Of a stretch of DNA of 45,269 bases, positions 10,722 to 23,200 are shown in pieces. Position 1 is the stretch's first letter; every line of letters begins with the position of its first letter. The stretch is from Dicyema japonicum (taxonomy: Eukaryota > Animalia > Dicyemida). The stretch lies in NCBI GenBank assembly GCA_011109175.1, contig RDEW01000002.1:2021452-2066720 (forward strand), read 5' to 3'. The translations under genes and the position numbers were made by a program. The notes beneath the pieces were generated by a model. That model searched no databases, had not been told where the DNA came from, and saw nothing but the letters and a program-made list of their open reading frames with translations.

Positions 10722-11819
10722 TCACACAAAGGAGACAACAACAGCACTCATATCGTCTCTGAAGCGCAGAGATATCCCACGTGGAAATGATAAAAGTTTT
10801 TCAAGCATCGAGTTGTCTTTGTACTTCTTACAAAGAGGAATTTCAAAAAGCTTGGTAACGACATTAGGAGAACAACCGCCAAATTGTGAAATATGCCTTC
10901 CAACAATTTCAGCCACGTGTTCATGATCCAAAAATTCATTAATTCCACTGGTTGTCATAACAAAACAAATATCCTCAGGCTTGATTGAATAAGACATAAT
11001 TTCTGGTAGAGCTGTGAGGTACGGGGGAGACTTGTATATTTCAGGAAGCAATATATCTGCCTCCATGCCTCGAGTAGTCATGAAATTTTTAACATCAGTG
11101 AGGTATTTATGAGACCACTTGAACTGGTAGAACCCGAATCCCCGAAAAGGAATCAAAATATCACAAAGTCGACGGTTAACGAAGATTTCTTTTCTTTCTT
11201 CTTCAGGGACCGAGTTTTTAATTCTCTCGACTTCTTCTGAATTCTCGAAAGTATGAGGATTAGTGAGTTTAACTGTCTTGAATTTTCCATTATCTGCAGA
11301 AACAACGAATGCGGAACAATCCCCTGCATTAGCGACATAAATGGTCCCTTCAGCGATGTATGCAAAGCAGACACATGCCCCAGAAAAAGCTGTCAAAAAA
11401 GACTAATGGATAAATCAAAGAGGGTGACCTCAATATTTGGTTTGGAAGAAAATTTTTGGCTGATGCTTTTATCGAAGATTGTGAAGCCCCACGAAATTGA
11501 ATCCGCTATATTTAGGGTTACGTTTGAATTAGTCGAATCAGGCTGGGAGATCTACAGTTTTAGGCATATTTACATTAATTGGTTCATAAATTAATTCAGC
11601 TAAGCGGGGGAGAAGCTGTGAGCAAAATTTACCACAGTGATGTCCTCCGTAACCATTAACAACGCTAATAATGAAGTCATCTCTATTGGGGATCTTAGTT
11701 TGGATGATAAAGTCTTCACATATAGTATTGGACGGAAGCTGATTTGAAATAATGGATTTGACAAAAGGAGAGAAACATCTGATAATCTGCTCGTTCTCTG
11801 TTAAGAGTTTCAAACTCAT
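10722..11819 (-). CDS. PDP1: Pyruvate dehydrogenase phosphatase catalytic subunit-like PP2C, 349 aa; exons 11819-11574, 11551-11429, 11402-10722; introns 22 and 26 nt
   Basis: PDP-type motifs LTENE, SNQLPSN..ED, TAFSGAC, VANAGDC, RL..ILIPFRGFG..FKWS, SPPYLTA.PE, RFRDDMS.VVV; two GT-AG introns join the two ORF-track ORFs in frame. Confidence 0.85.
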
Positions 11820-11939
11820 TAAAATTCATAATTTATTTAAATTAATTATTATTAGGACAACCAACTGATATAAAATACTTTTTAATAAAAATTCATAAAA
11901 TTTTAGATATTGATAGATATAATAATAATTATTTTACAG

Positions 11940-13420
11940 CAATCCATCAAACCCACACTGAAGTTGCGACGGAGATTGCCAAAACAAAATCATCCCTATC
12001 CTGTGGACCGGACCGGATTCCAGCTATCATGCTAAAACAACTGGGTCCCATCAAGCGGTCAGAACATTTTAACTATTTCGTTTACCAAAATCAAATACCA
12101 AATATCTGAAAACATTCACATATACGCCCGGCTCTCAACCGGGCAGGACGAAGAACGCCCCCTTCTCCTATAGACCAATCTCTCTACTATGCTCGACCTC
12201 GGAGGTCCCTGAGAAGCTTATACTACGTTTGATCACCCCTGCTCTCTCTCTTACTTACCTACAAAATGGTTTCAGGAGCAATCATTACTTCGACACACCT
12301 TACCTCATTAACTCAGTTCATCATTGAAGGATTTGACACCAAACCACACCTCAAATCAGTCATATGATCTCTCGACCTTCGACACACCTTACCTCATTAA
12401 CTCAGTTCATCATTGAAGGATTTGACACCAAACCACACCTCAAATCAATCATATGATCTCTCGACCTTCAGAAAGCAGTCGACTTAGTCTCCAGAAAGAT
12501 TTTTACCAAAAATATTTGATCTATTAGTCAATTCCAACAACAAAATTTCCAACTTTCTAGCGGAAGAGAGGACGGGTCTGGATCCAGGTCGGTCTCAAGA
12601 CTTTTACCAAATGGAGTTTCCAAGGCTCTCCGTTGTCTCCGGGCCTTTTCAACCTGTTTTTGTCCGACCTGCCTAATCCGGAAGTCAAAAATACAAATGC
12701 AGACGATCTGATCATTGAAGCATGCGATCAAGATGTGATCTGTGCAACAAAGAAAACCCAAGAACTCCTTAAAAATGAAAAATTGGCTAAAACACAATCC
12801 TCTGGACGTTTCCGCTGAGAAGTCAGTCCACTTTGTTCACGTCGGTTAAAGACTCGAAAACAGATCTATTGACTTATACATTGGCAACACTAAATTCCCC
12901 TTCACAAAGACTTAAAGATTTTGGTATCACATTCGATACCCATATTGGAAAAACCATAGGAACCTGCCAGGGGAAAATTGGACTGATCATATCGCTATTT
13001 GGAGGTCCAATAAAGAATCTTTTTCCACCCTTTGGATCCTTATACAAACAATTCATTGAGTCGACCATTGCCTATTCCTGCGCTTCATGGGGAACAAACC
13101 TCTCATGGACGAACCGCTGAAAATCGAAGCTTGTCTACGCTACGCCAGTCGGCTGCGTCAATAAAACACTCGGAAAAACTGGAAGAATTATCACCCTCCA
13201 CTCTCAATCTTATCCGTGAAAATTGAAAGGGTTCCGTAGCCCTTCGAAAACTGAATTGCCTACCACAAAAAAACCATTCCACCCCTAAAAGCAAAAATAG
13301 AAAATACATCACGCCGGGGAAATATATGGGAAACACTGCCACCCGCCCAATCCGTAGCTGTGCTGGATCAAAAGTCCAACATTGGGAAAAGTTGAGGAGC
13401 TTCTTCAGAGTTGTCGGAAT
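11940..13420 (+). mobile_element. Degraded APE-type LINE (I/Ingi/Jockey group) RT
   Basis: Fragments SCGPDRIPAIMLKQLG, SYRPISLL, LLPNGVSQGSPLSPGLFNLFLSDLP, NADDLII, FGITFD, LYKQFIESTIAYSCASWG. Confidence 0.85.
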
Positions 13421-13484
13421 CACTAATTAATCAATTCCTTTAATTAAATGTTATTTATTTTGGGTTAAAAAAAGTGATCTTCGT

Positions 13485-13655
13485 CGACATTATCGACGTT
13501 GCGTTGCCTCTAACGATTTCAACAGAAATCAATTAAAGAAACCACCAGGTCTCACGTGCGTCGTGACTTTCTAGTGTAGCTAGGCGTCCAAGTTTCTTTA
13601 GAAAGCGAATCGATTTTCCACTCATTCCTCCAGTTATCTAGACCACAAAAAAATA
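13485..13655 (-). mobile_element. CRE-like retrotransposon 3' end
   Basis: Near-identical to 5338-5490; ends in VEIVRGNATSIMS. Confidence 0.7.
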
Positions 13656-13778
13656 AAACTTTGCTATTTTTCAAAAACGGTAAGTTTAATTCTGACTTAA
13701 TTTAGACTTTTCTTGATAAGAAAAACAGAAAAGTTGAAATCTGGTTGGAGTAAGACTAACTACACTAGTTGATTAGAG

Positions 13779-14290
13779 GTGCCGAAGGTGGGAGTCGTTA
13801 AGCTCCTGTGCGGCATAGGTACTCTGGCTACCTATGTCAAAGGAAGAATTATCAAATGCGGAGAATCCCACTTGTTGCTAAGATTCAGAAATAAATACGA
13901 CGCTTCAGCTTTCGAAGCTGAGGTCAATACTAAGGTACCTTTTGGGCCCGGGGCACATAACATGTCACGGGTCATTCCTAAGGATTTAGATTCAGTAGTG
14001 ATAGTCTTCGGAGTCCCTCTGGACTTCGTAGATGATAATGTAGTAGAACACATCAAGAAGGACTACACAAACGGGGAGAGAAAATTCCGTACCATTAAGG
14101 TCTCGCTTCACTCTGGAGCAGAGGCAGAGAAGATTTGAATTGCGGGGGTCCAAATTCGCGAAAAGCCTGCCAATCAAAAGTCAGGTCTCTCAAGTGCGTG
14201 AACTGTGGCTCGGAGGAACACAGAGCTATTCCTCTATCAAAAGGCTGCGGAGAAGGTACTACAGGGGAGAAGGCAAACGTATGGTAAAAG
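13779..14290 (+). mobile_element. LINE ORF1 (gag-like) remnant with a zinc knuckle
   Basis: 119-aa ORF with VIVFGVPLD, then in another frame KCVNCGSEEHRAIPLSKGC (Cx2Cx4H...C). Confidence 0.5.
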
Positions 14291-14358
14291 AATATCCAAA
14301 CTTAGGGATATTGCGTTGTGCTACATAAAGGAAAATGCGCCGAAGGTATTTTTTAAAT

Positions 14359-14960
14359 TTATGTATAGGTTGAAATTTCTGTTGGAAAAATATCGGTCTT
14401 ATTGTCAAGACTTAAAAAATAATTGTTTTTTATTATTTTAAATAAATTCTTTGTTAGATCTAGCAATTGATATTTTGTTACCATGGAAACACGTTTAAAA
14501 AAAACAGGTTGATAAGCATCAAGCCACCCATATGACATATATACTTTATCATAGTTCCCTTCGTTCTCTAATAGGTTTAAATCATAGAAATAAATAACAC
14601 TTTGCAGATTCAATAGATTTGTTTTCGTTTCGTTACAATTGTTTTTAAAAACGTCTAAATGTGCAAAAGAATCGTCAACAAATAGGGTTAGGGTCGACTG
14701 TGACTGGACTAAAAACCCTCGAAAACAGAGATAGTTTTCATAGCTCCTAAGAATGACATCCCCCAACATAGTCCGTGGTCTCTTATAACCTGAGCATTAA
14801 AATTAAATACAATTATCCCAAATTCCTAAGGTAACTAAACTAATTAACTCTTTGATCCAGACTCGTTTCAGCATTCCAGAACTTGTCTCCAGGAAACGAC
14901 ATTGTCCCGCTAGGAAAGAATAGTTAGATCATCTTGATACCGCCCAGGCATTGGGCGTTT
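14359..14960 (-). CDS. Candidate multi-exon host gene of unknown function (exon structure unresolved)
   Basis: 136-aa ORF preceded by intron-like segments gtatcaag...ctaac...cctag (31 nt), gttaatt...cttag (23 nt) and gtattta...ctcag (21 nt); no family recognised. Confidence 0.25.
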
Positions 14961-15615
14961 CCTCAGTAAGGTAAATCACATAGCACGACATGGCCACGTG
15001 GCGAGGCGTTGCAATCTGAGCATGATTTTACTAATGCCTTTTTCTGCTTCTGAATAGTCATAAATATATGCTTATATTAAATTTAAATTAGTAAAATAAA
15101 GTCAGTTGTAATGAAAAGGGCTCGATTATAGCCTTCAGACATAGAGTTTGCTTATATCAAAACTGCCCTTTGTAAATGTTAAATTTGAGACTAAAAATGG
15201 AAGCTATACTTAAAAGCCATATTATCAGAATATGCAGAATTCCGATCTAACATAAATAATTTAACCTAGATTAATTTTACTGAATACACAAAAAAGACAC
15301 TTTCGGAGAGAATTTTGATTGCTGGAAGAACAATCAAGGAGAGTTCGGAGATATTGGAGAAATTTAGTTGACGGAGGTTGGATGTGAAAATAATAACAAT
15401 CGATGTTCAAAACATCTAAATTGTTTAGTTAACGTCATTGTCTTTAGAGGCTATAATCAAGTCATTCGCAAATGATAGAAGTCTCAGAGAATTGATTGGA
15501 ATATGGCTGAGGTGCAAAAGAGTGATACCATACTTCGATTGAGATTCTATTTATTTATTATTTATTTAATAACCCCGAAAATGGAACACCAAGAAATAAA
15601 GAGTAAACCAACTAA

Positions 15616-16895
15616 TTAAGTGATCCCGGTACGCCTCAACAGGATCGAGAAATTTTTCCTGTGTTCATCCAGAGTACCCACGGCTTTCCTGAATAGACGA
15701 CGATCATATTTCATTAGAGTTTGAAGAGGAGTGGGTTTTTCCCCCAAATTTCGTGTATTTGAGGCCTTTAGCCTTGAATGGAAGAAACGACTTGTTTCTT
15801 GGCCACACAGACAGATGAAGCCGGAGCCATTATTTTTGATTGCGGCGTGGTCAAGCATTGGAGGGAAAAGATCGGGGGGTAGATTCGTTTGACGTGCTAG
15901 TTTGCCAATTAGGGTATTGATCTTGAGTGAATTTGATATCGAAGCTCCATAGGCCCATGAGGCACAAGCGTACTCAATCGTCGGTTTTAGGAGTTGATTG
16001 AACACGACGAGGGCGCATTCCTGTGAAGGTTTGGACTTCAAGAGCGGTTTGATTATATTAAGTTTTCTGAGACCCTTTGTCATAACGTTCTTCACATGTT
16101 GAGAAAATGTCATCAAAGGGTCAAATGTCACTCCCAGGATAGTTGGACGAGTCTGTAGTGGTAAGGAGTCTCCAAAAATGTTCAAATCCAGTGTATGTTT
16201 TTCTTTTCTGTCCGTGGTGAAGATTGTATATGTTGATTTGTCCCTGGATACGGAGAGACGATTCAACTTCAACCAGGCTCCCAGGTCGTCAATATGTGAC
16301 TGAAGCTCTGATTTTGCTGTACCCACGTATTTGTTCCTGCTAGCGATGATTAGGTCGTCAGCATAAGTGAGAAGCATTGAATCTGGTCCTCCAGGGCAGG
16401 GTAAATCGTTGAGGAACAAGTTGAATAATGCCGGAGAGAGGGGCGATCCTTGATGGACGCCATTTGGTAGGAGACGGGACCTCGATCTTGCATGGCCTAT
16501 ACAGACACGTCCTCTTCTTCCGGAGAGAAAATTGGCTATCCATCTTTTCAAATCCGTCTGAATGGTGGTGTCAAAAACCTTCTTCGTGAGTAATATTCTC
16601 GAGACAGAATCGAACGCCTTCTGGATATCCAAGGAAACCATTATTGTCCGTAGATGGCGTTTTGGTACGTTGAACCCTTCTGATATAAATTGAGACAGTG
16701 AAGTCAAATGTGTCGTAGTTGAACGCTCACGTTTGAAACCATGTTGAAAGTTTCAGTCGGGCAAATGGGGTTTAATTTTCCAGAGTACGAGTTTCTCCAT
16801 TAGGCGCGATAATGCGCACGTTAATGAAATTGGACGGTAGGAAGAAAGTGAGGTTTTCGGTTTTCCTGGTTTAAGGATCGGTATTATAAATGAGA
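15616..16895 (-). mobile_element. APE-type LINE RT, 5'-truncated, one in-frame stop upstream of a 363-aa ORF
   Basis: IPILKPGK...SYRPISL, QHGFK..RST, LDIQKAFDSV, GVHQGSPLSPALFNLFL, YADD, ILGVTFD. Confidence 0.92.
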
Positions 16896-16993
16896 GATTC
16901 TATTTAATTATGATAATTTACTGAATTTTGTCATTAATAATTTTATTTATTTATTAAATAATAAATTCTATAAAATAAATAAATAACCTATAA

Positions 16994-17755
16994 ATGATCG
17001 TATCCTTATGTGCATATGAATTATTAATTATTTTGATAACTCCAGTGATTCTACGTATTGATGGTTATTTTATTAATCGAATTTAGCACATTTGTGTCAC
17101 CAAACGTATTTGAAACACAATACATCGTGGGTTAGTCGAAGTCCAAATGGTGAAATAAATGCATTTTTAAATGCGATAATATACGTAAGATATAAGAATA
17201 AACACAATAAAGTAAATTTAATTCAATATTAGATTATCTTACACACATTGACTAACAGAGACGCCAAATTAACAAGAATTCAATTAAAAGACCAAGTTCG
17301 TCTTGTCTTGTCGTCCAGATATATTTTCTTGCGGTTCACATTCACTTTCTCTGGCGGAGAGTATACCTTTAAAAAGATTGAAATAAAACACATTTTCAGT
17401 TATTACACAAATTATGAGATTGAAGTCAATCAGCAGCCGACTAACTATCCTGAAATACATTTATGCAAAAGAATTTTTAAAATTTATCCCAATCTTTATT
17501 TCAAACTGTCATGTTTAGTCGCCCGAATACAAGGAAAGGGATATATTCAAGGATCTTTATTCTACAGTTTATTTATTCATATATTTAGATAAGCAATGCA
17601 TGAGAGATACTAGTAAACCGTCGTATAGAAGCAGGAAAATGATAATATCTATACTTTGTTGTGTCGTTGATATCTTGGCTTTGATAGCGATAATCGTGGT
17701 CGCTGTTGCATGCCAGAGAAAAGGAAAATTCAGGTTGTTAGCTAACCAAAATTAA
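16994..17755 (+). CDS. LAMP-like type I membrane protein, 228 aa; exons 16994-17054, 17087-17211, 17233-17566, 17589-17755; introns 32, 21, 22 nt
   Basis: Spliced frame gives a hydrophobic N-terminus, a beta-rich ectodomain (WVSRSPNG...IIYVRY; HLCK; CMRD), a TM helix IISILCCVVDILALIAIIVVAVAC and a basic tail QRKGK. The gene model is better supported than the LAMP label. Confidence 0.72.
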
Positions 17756-18399
17756 TTGTCCCGAAACTAATTATTAATAAGGGAATTTTGGTTTATTATC
17801 TGTCATACCTTCGCTATTAAATTGGGGGATGTGCTTGAATCGTTAGGTAGTTAGTGACCTGTCCATAGATTACTATGGCAACCTCAGTTTGTCTAATTCT
17901 GTTCTGTGTAGGTATTGTAAGTTTTCAATTTGAGTGGGGAATTCATTAAAATAGATATGTTAGCAATATTTTTTATTTCTTGGTGAATTTCTTTATTTTA
18001 AGGCCTAATCTGAGATTCTGAGTGGCATTTTTTTTGTGTTTTACTGACATAAATAGTTGGCCTCATTTGAAATTTAAGTGACTCTGGTACCATCTTATTG
18101 TGGTCAGGCGCTAGTTGTGTCTTAATTTTTATTTCAGTCTACTAAGGTCTCTACTATTTCTAATTAGAATGTATCGGTTAGGCAGTTTATTTTTGAACTA
18201 GTCGCATTGGAAACATCAGGACTCATAGGAAGCAGATCACTGAACCTGCTGAATCAATTAGGATTGCAAGGATGAAAAACAATAAAGAGAAAGTATCTGG
18301 CTTATTTCCTTACAGATTTTAGGAGAAATTCGTTCTCAATTCTGAGAGTAGCTAGTGTTCGTTAACCGTTTGTGTTATTAACTAATTGTCTCATTTCTT

Positions 18400-19330
18400 A
18401 CTAATTCTAGAGAGTTACTCGAATATAAATTAGTTAGTTAAACGCACTCCCACGATTCTTATAAAAATATGAATAATTAGGCTTACGACTCTCAGCTTGG
18501 CTTCCGCGTCAAGCATTCAACCTCAACCCACTTAACCAAGTAAACTGACTTTATTGCTGATGGATTCAACAATCACAAACGTTAATCCGTGCTGTCTTTA
18601 CCTCCATTGACATTTCTAAAGCCTTTGATGGGACCTCCCCCGTGTTGTTTGTAACAAGATAACCGGAACGAGTATTCCTCTATTCATACACCAATGCATA
18701 TAAAGAAATACTATTATGTCATAGATATCTCGCTCCCGTACCTCTCAAATGTAGTCCCACAAGGATCTGCTATTTCTCTGATATTATACCTCCACCTGAG
18801 TAGTATCCCCGAGATGGATGATTCGCTGGTCCTGTCCTCGAGATAGAAACATCACTTCGCCTCAGCCCGTTTCCATACGCACTGATTCTCTATAATCTTG
18901 GTTATTGACTAACCACCTCTCCTCTCTTCTCCAAGTCCAGCGTCATAATATTCACTCCCAACCGATCTCAGTTAAACATAAAATAGGATCTGAAAATTTT
19001 CAAGAAGTCCTCTCTATCACAAAACTCCAAAAATCCTGAGAGTAATCTATGAGCAATGCCTTAAATTCTACTTTCACGAGACCTTGTGGTTGCAGAAGCG
19101 AACAAGGAAAAGATTCCCCTCCGTGCCCAGACACGATTCATCTTTGACCAGAATAAAAAAACCTCCAGAAAAATCTTCAAGCAATATATCAGAACCACCT
19201 TGAAATAACGTTCTTCTTCTTACTGCCCCCTCTCAATAACTTGTGTATCAAAATTCCTAGAAAAGTTTGTATTAATGCGTATCTCTCCTGTTCTACAACT
19301 ACTATAATTTCAACATGGTATCAGGGCAGA
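18400..19330 (+). mobile_element. Highly degraded APE-type LINE RT
   Basis: QLGFRVKHSTSTH, IDISKAFD, VPQGSAIS in broken frames. Confidence 0.7.
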
Positions 19331-19339
19331 CCGTTTTAA

Positions 19340-20040
19340 AACAACTCATTTAGGTTTTATCTCCCAGTTTATTAGTCGGCTTTAACATGAGAACTTCCTA
19401 AATGGAAGACGAGCACAAGTACACTACAACAACATCAAATCAAGATCTCGCTATTTCCCAAATGGAGTCCCTCAAGTCTCCCCACTATCACCCCAACTCT
19501 TTAATCTCTACATAAACGAAATGCCACAAACCTGTAATGAAAACTGTCTAATCTTCTCCTATGCCGACGATATCACGTTTACCTCCAAGGACAGAAGCAT
19601 TCAATCAGCGACTCAGTTTAGAATTTTAAAAGTGCTCTCAAAAACACTTAGAGACCAAACTGGCGGTTTTGCCACAATTTTTGAAGAATTTATCCGACCA
19701 ACGATGACGTATGCAAGCCCTTCGTGGGCAATGCAGATTTCACGATCCTCCTCATTGAAACTATCCGCAATCGAGAAGACTACAATAAGATTAATTGGAC
19801 CAGAACACAAAATCTAGCCCATTGAAAATTTCTTAATCGAATTACAACGGAAACTCTTAAAGGAGGCTATTTTACCGAGCTGCCCTCTATTCCATTAACT
19901 ATCGAAATATCTACAATCATACAGAAATTTTGAGCCGATGTCATGTCCAATGAGAAGAGCTATTCAGGATTCTCGACCCCACCGGACTCTTCCTCTCCTT
20001 TGCCGGCCTTGGATCACTTAGTTAGATGAGAACTTTTATT
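19340..20040 (+). mobile_element. APE-type LINE RT 3' portion
   Basis: NFLNGRRAQV, PNGVPQVSPLSPQLFNLYINEMP, FSYADDI, FIRPTMTYASPSW. Confidence 0.8.
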
Positions 20041-20310
20041 TCTTTCTTTTTGACCCAGTGATCTTGTAGGTAATAATTATAAAATAGTCGTTCTAAGACC
20101 GATATGTTCCTTTGTGAGTTCGATGGAGGACTATCGTGCCAAGATAAGGTTTCTAGTGGAAAGTTTCGAATCACGTGAGTAGTTAGTTGGGCATTACCAT
20201 GGTCTTTTGAATATATAATTAATTTTACAAAATTTATAATCTAAGACCCCGTGCTGGGCAAGCTAAGATAAATAAAAAGATTTCTAATGAATTTATGAAA
20301 GAAAAAGTGA

Positions 20311-20560
20311 ATGTCCCAAATCGAAAAGGAACTCACTGAAACGGGTTCATGCAGAGTCGTTATTGAAGAGATCTCAAAAACAGACACTACTAATCTTTCA
20401 ATGAGCTTTGATGATTGGGTATTCGGCGTCTTTGGAAGCTCAAGAGACAATGTGATCTTTGGTTCAGGTTTTCTCATGAAAGTATTACTACACAACTAAT
20501 CACAGTGATTTTAAGGTATTAAAGGATGGTTGGACCATTTCAGACAACGACAAGATATAT
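20311..20560 (+). mobile_element. Possible Merlin/ISXO2-like transposase remnant
   Basis: GSCRVVIEEISK...WVFG resembles the G-VVEIDESK...WVFG signature. Confidence 0.3.
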
Positions 20561-21125
20561 TCTTCATAGCTGTTTTAATGGAAATAACTCATCGGACAAA
20601 AAATGAGTTTTGATTTTTTAGCGAATACGATAACCACATAAGAGATCTTGTGATCGATAAGTCCAAGGAGACCCCAAGTGTCTGGATGGAATGATAAAAA
20701 AACTCGCTCTTGCCTAAACCACTGGAGGGGTTCACGTAATTTTGGATATGAATTGATGTGAAGCTCGGAAAGGATGAGTCCCGCTCTTGGACCACATCGT
20801 TAATTGACGGTCTCTTTTTTTCTTAAAACTCAATGATCCTAAGGCAATAAATATAGGATTGTTAAGAATAACGACTGGTTGCCCATTTTAAAGATACACG
20901 GGCATATTTCCACACATGCCTAAATGATATCTCTCTTTAGACNAAGCTCGGAAAGGATGAGTCCCGCTCTTGGACCACATCGTTAATTGACGGTCTTTTT
21001 TTTTCTTAAAACTCAATGATCCTGAGGCAATAAATATAGGATTGTTAAGAATAACGACTGGTTGCCCATTTTAAAGATACACGGGAATATTTCCACACAT
21101 GCCTAAATGATATCTCTCTTTAGAC

Positions 21126-21900
21126 CAGGTTTCCAAACTTTTTTTTACACGCCTCACTTAGAAAAAAATATACAATCTTGCGCCTCCCTTTATATTCCAT
21201 GATATAATACAAATTAGCAGAAACATTTTTTAACACAAAAATTTATTTAGATAATTTTTTTCATTCGTGACACAAAGTTTTTGAAATCTCTGTGTCATTG
21301 AGGAGACTGCTACTCGTAGCTCATTATGCACCATAAACTAGTTCGATATTTAAATTTCATTGCAGTTAGTTCAGAAAATCCAGTCTCTCATAAAAATGAG
21401 GTAACAAATGGCAACAAAACTTTCATCGACTTTTTTTGCTTGAATGTTGACTATGGTGCAGAAAGTATTCGACAGTGGGAACATGTCATGGATATTTTTC
21501 TGTATATTAGATTTGCATAACTTCAATTTTTTAATGAGTGCGTTAACTTTGTCTTTTTGAGTTAATGCAGTGTGGTCCCTGCATAGATTTATTCTATAAA
21601 CTCAATTACCCAAAAATGTCAACCAAATAGGCAAATTGATAATAAAACTATTATTTCTGACCAATTTTGCATCTTCAGTGTTATTTTCCTCAGAAAATCT
21701 GCAACTTGATTTTTTTGTTCAAACGCCCTCATACTCTCAGCTGCAAGTGTTTTTAAACTTTGCAAACAAATGTGTATTTCAAAGGAATCGACAATAATAC
21801 ATGTGAATCCGAACAATAAGTAGGATGGACAACATTTTCTTGTCTTTGGAGTCGTATTGATTATATTCAAATTATTCTGACTTTTGAGCTACCATCAAAA
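21126..21900 (-). mobile_element. hAT Buster (ZBED5/SCAND3-like) internally deleted transposon
   Basis: TIR-like CAGGTTTCCAAAC at 21126 after an nnnTAnnn site; N-terminal LLFGFTCI...LAAESM and C-terminal FVTSFL*ETGFSELTAMKFKYR...ELRVAVSSMTQRFQKLC. Confidence 0.8.
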
Positions 21901-22199
21901 TCTTCATTATTCGTCAAATTTCATTATTCGTCAAGGTTTCAACTTCAACCATAGTATTAACTGTAAAAATAACAATTTACCCGACTTTATAGTATTGTGT
22001 TCCTCATAACACAAATTGTCTCCGCTTTACTCAGATAGCGAAATTTATGAAATCAACGTGTTTTACAACTGAGACACTGTCGGTGACATATTTTTGTACT
22101 AAGATTAACAAATAAATATATCACAAACAGAATGGTAGTTTGATAAGATTTTAATTGAAGAATTTAACAATTTATTAAGAAAAAGGGAGCAATGATCAT

Positions 22200-22385
22200 A
22201 TAGCGTTCGCCCTGATTTCGTGACTATTTTCTCCCAGGATGGCGAGCGAGATTTGCTCAAATAACCAGAGGCACTCACAAGGGGTCTCCTGATCTTGTAG
22301 AAATCCGATTCCCTAGACGACTCAAAAATTCCAGCGTCGCAAGCGCAAGGGAACCAGACGTCTCAACGGCGAGTGGAGCAAACAA
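22200..22385 (-). mobile_element. CRE-like retrotransposon 3' end (another subfamily)
   Basis: PLAVETSGSLALATLEFLSRLGNRISTRSGDP...LFEQISLAILGENS. Confidence 0.8.
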
Positions 22386-22419
22386 AAAATCTTTGGGTAG
22401 GACCGCGTACTTTGCCAGT

Positions 22420-23000
22420 TTCTACCTCTAGTCCTTCTCAAGTTATTTCTGACTACAATATTAAAGTGAGTTGCTTTTTGAATCAATTCTCATATCTCCG
22501 TTCAATACCATCGGTTTATATTTCCAATGAAGCTGTAAAAATAGATTCATACTATCAGGAATTCCATAATCGAATCAAAACATAGTTCTGCGCTTTATTG
22601 ATTTCGAAAGACAGTAATTTAAGGAATAGCTTTTTTATATAACTACTACCTGATTTGTGAGGTGGAATATCGGCATTTAATAATGCTTTAACCAAAAAGA
22701 TATCCAGTTTTCTTCGTTATCCTCAGTAAGAAAAAGTTAAGTGGTCTCCATTAAGATGTAGATCGGTGTAGTATTGTTATATGATTTTACTATCATTTTA
22801 GACAAAATAAATCTNTTTAAGGAATAGCTTTTTTATATAACTATTACCTGATTTGTGAGGTGGAATATCGGCATTTAATAATGCTTTAGCCAAAAAGATA
22901 TTCAGTTTTCTTCGTTATCTTCAGTAAGAAAAAGTTAAGTGGTCTTCATTAAGATGTAGATCGGTGTAGTATTGTTATATGATTTTACTATCATTTTTGA
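22420..23000 (-). mobile_element. Degraded CGGBP1-like hAT transposase fragment, partly duplicated across the N at 22815
   Basis: LVKALLNADIPPHK and EI*TDGIERRY resemble the AFVSADIP / DETTD..RY motifs. Confidence 0.4.
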
Positions 23001-23049
23001 CAAAATAAATCTTCTTTAGGTGTTATTGTATGCCTTTTGAAATTCGTTC

Positions 23050-23200
23050 CTTGTCTTTTCCAGACATGAGTGCGTAACGTTTCCACGTATTTTGGCAATT
23101 AATGCGTTGTCTAGTTTTTTTGGCTCGCTAGTTTTTCTCCTATTTCTTTCAGAAAAGCAGCAGTGAGGGAACAAACGGCTTTTGAATTTGAAATTAAAAT
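23050..23200 (-). mobile_element. CRE-like 3' end fragment
   Basis: SLTAAFLKEIGEKL...IAKIRGNVTHS. Confidence 0.45.

Noticed and set aside
10069-10926. Long ORFs spanning N runs (also 33254-34982 and 36718-36954)
   Set aside because: Their length comes from untranslatable N; only the flanking CRE and PDP parts are meaningful
14683-14693. TAGGGTTAGGG telomeric motif
   Set aside because: Fewer than two full units; expected by chance
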